Position numbers and translations under genes: made by a program | Source: the human T2T-CHM13v2.0 reference genome, Homo sapiens | Direction: 5' to 3' (one strand) | Length of the DNA: 64,000 bases | Assembly: GCF_009914755.1 (NCBI RefSeq) | Contig: NC_060929.1 | Notes under the pieces: model-generated | The model's database searches: none | Told to the model about the DNA's origin: nothing | The model's input: the letters and a program-made list of their open reading frames with translations, nothing else | In this document: piece after piece, positions 56,001 to 64,000 of the stretch | How positions within the stretch are numbered: position 1 is the stretch's first letter | Layout of the letters: the number at the start of each line of letters is the position of its first letter

Positions 56001-57099
56001 GACAAGTCTGTCTGTAACTAGATGCATGTGGAAAATAAAACTTTTATGGGAAAAATACAGAATTATGGAATCAAATTCTATATTTTTTGCTTTTGCCGCA
56101 CAGGCATATTCTTTCCATGCTCCGATCTAGAGTAGCTCACTTGTTAAATCATGATAATTCTGGTTGTGTCTATTTTGCTTCCACTTCTGATGAATAATTG
56201 AATATTTAGAGCTGTTGTGAAAGTTTTTGGTCTCTGTCTTTCTCCTGCTAACAATAGAATGTCTTGATGAATTGATTAAGTAAAAATAAAAATGCACTGA
56301 GGCAAAAGTGCTACAATCACTTAAACCTGTTTCTAAGGGGTCAAAGTGCTAATTTTTGAAATTCCAGACAACAAAAAATTATCTACTGTAAATAAGAAAT
56401 CTGAGCTGAAATGGAACACAAGCCTTATTCAATGACATGAGAAAAGACCTGGAAGTAAAGCACCTAATGGGTTCTAATTCCGGCTCTGCCATCTAATCAT
56501 CATTTGTGCCTGAATGATATTATTTAGCCTATCTATGCCTCATTAGTGAAATGGGATAACTGACCTATAGGGAAAGAAAATATTCGATAGTGAAGTGAAG
56601 CATGGTTGAGGGAACTTTGTGAAAGCCTTCCCTCTATGAAAGAAGGTATATTTCTGGAGCAGTTGTGCCCAGTCATCCAGATACTGTATTTATGCTGAAA
56701 GCATGATTTGATGCCTGGCAAACAGCAAAGAATGTTTTGAACAAACAATCATTGGCAAAGAACAGAGAAGGTGGCAGATCTTTTATCATGTTTTACTGGT
56801 TGTGAGCAGGCAGCACTTTTTCTTCCTCTTCTACCAGTTGTCAATGTCCACAATAATGAGAAGAAACCGTAGTACTAGCTTCTTTTATTAAATAGAAAGT
56901 TGTTCCTGCTACATAACTAAAATTGTTGCCCTGAATCTCCCATGCAATCCAATTTCCTGTTTTTAAACTTTGATTAAGCGTACAATGGAAATTATTTTCT
57001 TCATTTTACAGATAGGATCATTCAAGTTCAGGGACAAGGAATAAATTGATTAGTCACTAAAGTATTGAATGGCAGAGCTAGAATCCAAAGTAGTTTTTT

Positions 57100-57635
57100 T
57101 CTGTTTTAACAATATTTATTTATTTATTTATTGTTTATTATACTTTAAGTTCTGGAATACATGTTCAGAATGTGCAGGTTTGTTACATAAGTATAGGTGT
57201 GCCATGGTCGTTTGCTACACCCATCAAGCCATCATCTACATTAGGCATTTCTTCTAATGCTATCCCTCCCTTAGCCCCCATCCCCCGACAGGCCCTGGTG
57301 TGTGATGTTCCCCTCCCTGTGCCCATATGTTCTCATTGTTCAACTTCCACTTATGAGTGAGAACATGCAGTGTATGGTTTTCTGTTGCTGTGTTAGTTTG
57401 CTGAGAATGATAGTTTCCAGCTTCATCCATGTCCCTGCAAAGAACACGAACTCATCCTTTTTTATGGCTGCATTGTATTCCATGGTGTATATGTGCCACA
57501 TTTTCTTTATCTAGTCTAACATTGATGGGCATTTGGGTTGGGTCCAAGTCTTTGCTACTGTGAATAGTGCTGCAGTAAACATACGTGTGCATGTGTCTTT
57601 ATAGCAGAATAGTTTATAATCCTTTGGGTATATAC
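57100..57635 (-). mobile_element. L1PA (about L1PA7-like) 3' end, 5'-truncated
   Basis: tatactttaagttctgg...gtgcaggtttgttacat...cctttgggtatatacc; 15-bp TSD ccaaagtagtttttt at 57085-57099 and 57636-57650. Confidence 0.95.
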
Positions 57636-57831
57636 CCAAAGTAGTTTTTTAACTTTAACACTAGTAGTCTAAACCATACCATATACTGGTATGCACGAGA
57701 CACAGGGGAGCAAGTTATACCTAATATGCAAGTCTATTAGGGCATATTTAAAGATGTGAGAAATATTCTCTCATTCCATTTCCCTCCAAACTGTATATAT
57801 GCTTGACAAACCAAATAATCTCAAGTATACA

Positions 57832-57872
57832 ACACACACACAGACAGACACACACACACACACACACACACA
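57832..57872. repeat. (CA)n microsatellite with CAGA interruptions
   Basis: Read directly. Confidence 0.95.
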
Positions 57873-57890
57873 TTCCCTATTTATAGTTTT

Positions 57891-58207
<317 letters not shown>

Positions 58208-59784
58208 CCTATTTATAGTTTTAAAGGAAAGAAAGAACTAGGTCCTAAGCTTCCAAGGAGGAGGATACATATGAGTATGAGCATTTAAATGAAGATTGAA
58301 ACTGTGGTAATAATTTAGTAGTGACCCAGGCTCTTAGCCATTAAGGGAATTTTCCAAGCAGAATTTAAGAAAACAATGGGTCAGAAACTCCAGAGGACAA
58401 CAGGCACATCTGTTTCCTTCACTCCTGGCTCCTCACAGCATATAACAATTTCAGATAAATCAAATGAAGCAAAAATATTTGTAGAAGAAAAAAGGATGCC
58501 TGAAACTAATTCTTCTGTCTGTAGGTCAAAGGGCCTTTGGAAACTCTAATAATTTGTGAAACTTAGATGACTCCATTAAGCCATCTAATTCATGTTCTTG
58601 GATGTTTAAGATTTGAAATTTAAGATTTCTTTTCCACAGTGATACCTGCAAGACTCTAAGCCCCACCAGGACAAAGAAAAGATGACTTTTCTGTGTTCTT
58701 ACTATTGTATTCACAGGAATATAATAGTATCTTACCAAGGAGTTTAATGTTGCTAAATTCATAAATCAATGATACTTTGATAAATAATGATCTTACTAAA
58801 AGTAAAAAATGTGACTGACTATTAATCGCATGTCATTACCAAGTAACACTATTATCTGATTAAGAAGCTGATAAGCCTTTAAATGCTAATGGCAGATCAT
58901 ATAAGTCAAGAAGGCCAATCTTTGTGTGAATCAAGGTCTAGTTGCCACAATCTCTCTCTGAAATGCAGCAAATTACTTCAATGTAAACAATGACTTCACT
59001 ACACTAACCAGAAATCTAATGGCTCTGAAGAGTTAATGCAGCTTTTACAAGGGGCTAACTTTATACTTGGCAGCAATTTTGACACTAGAAAGTGTGGTCT
59101 CCAACAGAATCATATTCATGTAGAATTAAATAAATTTAAATAAATCTTAGCAGAAAAAATAGGAACGGCTTAGGCCATCAGTCACCCTTTATTTGGGTTT
59201 GGATAAAAGGGGGAAAATGATGTTCTTTTTTGTAGCTCTAGTTCAAACACAAATAAGAGCGAAAATTCTTACAGTAATTTGATTAAAATTCCTCTAACTA
59301 CATGTAGAAAGACATTATTTTTGCTACTCTAACTACATGGTGTGCACACTTCTGAGCTATGGAATTTCCCTGAAGCAGATGGGAAGCCATTTATTTTGGT
59401 AAGGGCATAGCCCTTTTTAAGATTTAGATCTGACAGGAGAGCTGTGTCAGCACAAATGAGAGAAAGCTGGTAGCCCTGGAGCAAAGTCTGTCTGCCAAGA
59501 GGACCCAGAAGGAGTTTTTTGGGGATTCTGATAAGAAACAATCCTGCAAAAATGAATAGTAACTCAGATCAGTAGACCCTTCCAACTTCTACTAAGAAAT
59601 AGGATTAAAAATCTAGGCAAATCCAAAGAAATTATAAATCTAGATTTAAAATGACCTAGAATAATTGTTTATTTTGTCTACATGAGTCTTGCTCCCCGGT
59701 GACCAGAGACAGGGACCCTTTTGACCAGAATTTCAGACTAAGGTGGATAACTAAACATGTATTAAGTCATATATGTTGGAAATA

Positions 59785-59915
59785 TAATCAACCTGACAAC
59801 CAAACCCTTAATTTACAGATGAGGAGTGCAAGAGCCAGACAAGAAAAATGAATTGCCTGAGATCACACTACTAGTTGTAAGCACAGATAGAATTAAACCT
59901 AGTTCTTAAGTCCCA
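59785..59915 (-). mobile_element. MIR fragment
   Basis: atttacagatgaggagtgcaagagccaga...tgaattgcctgagatcacactactagt. Confidence 0.7.
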
Positions 59916-60059
59916 CCAATTTAATGTTGGAAAACTTTAGTCCCGTTTTGTAAATAATTGTACCATGTTTCCTAAGGAAGCTAGTAAATTATAGAAATAA
60001 ACAATTTCAATTATAGATTTTGGAATTCAATATTGTAAATCATGGAAATGCACACGAAA

Positions 60060-60460
60060 TATACATAAGAAGAATATACAACAATGATGAAAATAAAACA
60101 ATATTCATGATACTTAGCATTGGGAAGAATTTGCAGCAACTGGAATTCTACACTGGTGGGAATATAGATTACTTCAATTACATTATAAAACTATTTGTCA
60201 GTATCTGCTAAAGCTAAACATATAATGCTGTATCACCTAGGAATTCTATTCCAAGCCATAGACTTAAGAGAAATGAAAGCATGCATTTACATGAAGATTT
60301 GAGCATGAATGCTTATAGCAGTCCAAATTTCCATTAACAGTACACTGGAGCAATACTTTTTGTTATCTTCATGCCATAGAATCTTACGTGGCCGTGAAAA
60401 AATCAAATTATGGCTTTTTACAACAATTTGGATAACTGTCACAGATATAATGATGGATAT
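60060..60460 (+). mobile_element. Old L1M(E) ORF2 end/3'UTR fragment
   Basis: gcaactggaattctacactggtgggaat...cagtatctgctaaagctaaacat...agagaaatgaaagcatg. Confidence 0.7.
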
Positions 60461-61667
60461 CTGTCTATGTGTGATATGTGTATACTGTGTATGTGTGTGT
60501 GTATCCATCTAACCACTACCCACCCACCAATGCATCCCCTCTTCCCCTTCACACACACACACCATGGGTGTCAATTGAGCTGTACACTTCAGACTTACTT
60601 TTTATCCATCACTATATATGTTTATTCCTCAGTTAAAAGTATACATATGGGAATTTATTCTGAACAAAACAGAATAATATGAATTGTTTATATTCTTATT
60701 TAACAGTAAGGATACAGTAATCTTTTCAATCAAAGCACAGTGTTTGAACAATTAGGATGAAGTAACGACATATTAAATGGTAAGTTATTTATTTATGCTG
60801 CAGCAGCAAAACTGCCCATTCTACTAAAACTAGAGTTGTGATAACCCATTGAAGGGCTATAAAAATCATTCCTTAAAATATCCCATAATTTTTCTGTTCA
60901 GAAGGCATAAATCTTGAAATGAGTAATAATAGTTGAGATGACTAAGAAGAGCTGATTAAGGAAAAGATCAGATGACTAAAGGAATTTAGAGAGAAGGCAG
61001 TTGTGGGCAGGTGATGTATTGTTAGTCAATATATTCTTTGTTATCCTTTATTATGAGTAAAAACTGAGATAGCTCAAAAAAAAATTTTTAAAGGAAAAAC
61101 TTTAGGACACATAGCAACTCTATGGGCTTAAGGGTTGGGACTGGAAACTTTCTGTCACTAATGCTGTCACATCCTCCCACCATGTCTCATAATTTTCTTA
61201 GGCACCTCTACATAGAGAAGAACACGCCCACAGGTCTAGGAACATGATCTTAGATCATGATCCTATCTTTTAGACCTAAGCATAAGGTTTCAATTTGGTT
61301 AAAAAGCCAAACACAATTTTTCTCACCCCACTTTTTCCAAAGGCTTGATCTGCCTGTTGGAATAATGCAGTTATACCAAAATAAGAAAATATAAACCATG
61401 TAAGTAAGAAAGTTTGGCAGTTGTCAAGGCCAAGAACTGTGGCTATTCCTTAGTGTATCTCATGTTCCCCCTATTTTATGAATAAGATTAACCCTAGTTT
61501 TCCATTTCTATTGAACTCTACTTACTTAATATTTATCTCAATATCTGATCTGACCAAACTTAACTTTTACTTTTCTATAGCACTTTGATACAGCTCTTTG
61601 GCCAACAATCCCAGTATATCATGTTGACTGACCAAAATCTATTTCCTTTTCATATCAAAATATCTCC

Positions 61668-61952
61668 ATCCTAGCACTTTGGAAGACTGAGGCGGAAGAA
61701 TTTTTTAGAGCCCAGGAGTTTGAGACCAGTCTGCGCAACACAGGGAGATCCCCATCGCTACTAACATGTTTTTTTTAAAATTAGTATGGTGTGGTGTTAT
61801 GCACCTGCGGTCCCAACTACTCGGGAGGCTGAAGTGGGAGGATCTCTTGAGCCTGGGAGGTGAAGGATATAGTGAGCCAAGATCAGAACACAGCACTTAA
61901 GCCAAGGCAACAGAATGAGACCTGGTCTCAAAAATAAATAAATAATAAATAA
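61668..61952 (+). mobile_element. AluJ-type, 5'-truncated, (TAAA)n tail
   Basis: gagcccaggagtttgagaccag...gggaggatctcttgagcctgggagg. Confidence 0.92.
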
Positions 61953-63629
61953 ATCAGAAGTCTTCCTCTTGAAGGGTTCTGATATCCCAAAGCTCAGGAT
62001 ATAACTTGCTTTACTAACCATAAAAAATATTTTTATTTGAAGAGGATTCTGCTGATAATGTTGCTATTCCAGAGTCTTACAGAGGTTACTGACAAACCTG
62101 TTCCATGATTAGCCAGTGTTTGCCAGTAATTCTTGCCATTTAGCCACCGACTTTTTTCTTTTGAAGGTGCATGATGATCTTTACTCTGAGTCCTTATCTT
62201 TGACTGCTATCCAACAAGTCACTCCTATTGCCTGTCTAGCAAAAGGTCTAAACCACTCAAAGTTGTATTTTTAAACATTTTTTTACAATAGTTCTACTAT
62301 CTGTGCTTAAATAATATTGAGTTTATCTTATGAAAATTTTCAGAAAATGTTGCCATCAGAATTCCTCCAGTGTATATTTATATGTTCAAATATTCAAACA
62401 GCTTGAATTAAGAATGGTCTGGAAGTCCTCTAATTTGATTTGCTCCTTTTGTAGATAGGGCACTTATGATACAGGGAAATAAAGTGATTTGTCCAATGCC
62501 ATGTGGTTTATTAACAAATAGCAACAAGAACACAACAATAAAAACTATGAGACAGTATCTATGCGATGCTTATCAAGTTTCAAGCAGCATGCTAAATTCT
62601 ATAAGTGAATTATCTCTTTTAATTCTTACAACAAATCTATGAGGTAGGTACTATCACTTCCCTTGTCTGATTCCCCACTCTGAGAGTCTGAGAGTTCTTT
62701 ACACCAATCTATAAATCTCTTGTTGAGTCAAGGAATGATGATATCCTTAGTGTTGATGTTAATCTTTTTACAAAAGTAAATGATAGAACGTTAAGGATAA
62801 TAAATGTTTGTTTTTGCCATTTTAAATATCAGTTATGTGGTAGCCATATTATAATTTGGACTCAGTTATTTTCTTAACTTTATCCTGGTGTTATTTTGTT
62901 ACCGACCTCTGACCAATGTGATTTGTTTTCTATTTTAGTCATAAATTTGTAACCTAAGCTTGACAGTAAAAGCCAGTGGCTTCCATTAAATAATTCTGAG
63001 AAAATCAATGATTACATTTTTTATTTTCTGAAATCTGGCTGGTATATGTTAATCCAGAGGTCTTTGCAGAATATGTAAAATGACCTGTTTCATGAGCTTG
63101 TAATATAAATGAGGTCATTTCTATTTTTAGTACCAAAATTAATCTCTAGAGCCCTCCCATGCCCATCAGCAGGAGCTCAAGTATCTCTCTTGGGACTCTT
63201 CAAACTCCCTGAATATTTCCAGAACTCTGGAGACTTTATCATCCTAAGGGGCCAGTTCTGTTTCACACTTTGGGGAAATAAATAGAAAATCTGATCAATT
63301 TAATAGAAGGAAGTTCCCCAATTTCTGTTGCAATCACTGTTCTCAGCCACATTTGTCATTGTAGAATTCTAGTGGACACACACATTGGGATATGAAATTC
63401 ATCTGCTGCTCTGATGATGCCACTACCATCCTGGCAATACTTTCTCAGGATCTAAAGGGCAGGAAGTTTATTTCCGAAATTTTTCCTTATACCACTATGA
63501 TACTAAGGGCCAGTTCTCAAATCACTCCTACCTTACCGAATCTCTGCACTGGGAGTAAAACACCACTGTGTCAGTATGGTAGGAAAAAGGGGCCTCAAGC
63601 TTGGGCTCCCACAATGTTGTAGTGCCAAC

Positions 63630-63835
63630 ATAGATAGACAGCAGAGTCAAACTGCATCAGGTAATTTATGCCTCAGCTACTTAATGGCTGTGTGACCTTG
63701 GTCAAGTCATTTATCCTCTCAGTTTTCCTATGGTAAAATGTATATCTTAAAATGCCTACTTCATAGTTGTTTCGAGATGATCTGTGTAAGGTACACAGAA
63801 AAATCCTTGACACAATACTATTATTATTTTATTAC
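63630..63835 (+). mobile_element. MIR
   Basis: ggctgtgtgaccttggtcaagtcatttatcctctcagttttcc...aatgcctacttcatagttgtt. Confidence 0.8.
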
Positions 63836-64000
63836 TATTAAATAATGCTCATTGTCTGAAAGCACACCCAGTATTGGGAGTGGCTAGTAGCTTGAGAAAA
63901 ACTCCCGACTGCCTTTGCTCTCCAACCCAAGGCCATATAAGTTTTGGGACAGAAATCAGTCACCACTTCAGGCACTCTATGTTGTTTGTTCCTACTGAGA

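Overview
Human genomic DNA: it carries a consensus-like AluYb8, a human-specific subfamily. The window is AT-rich and CpG-depleted, with no CpG island and no recognisable host protein-coding exon or structural RNA gene, so it looks like deep intronic or intergenic sequence; I cannot name the locus. It holds about 13 Alu/FLAM copies, several L1 fragments (one with a twin-priming 5' inversion), MaLR/ERVL solo LTRs, MIR, L2 and L3 remnants, and microsatellites. Supplied ORFs are L1 ORF2 remnants, Alu/LTR read-throughs or chance ORFs. I found no novel multi-gene system. The best oddities are: (1) an AluYb8 whose target-site duplication (TSD) copies a perfect MEF2 motif; (2) a 95-bp non-repeat segment duplicated 1478 bp away, resembling a templated insertion; (3) two Alus inserted sequentially at one regenerated target site; (4) a ~10-kb block lacking young transposons, with a candidate 36-nt micro-exon, G4 motifs and enhancer-like elements. 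Repeat subfamily calls are by eye from remembered consensus sequences, and boundaries of old repeats are approximate.
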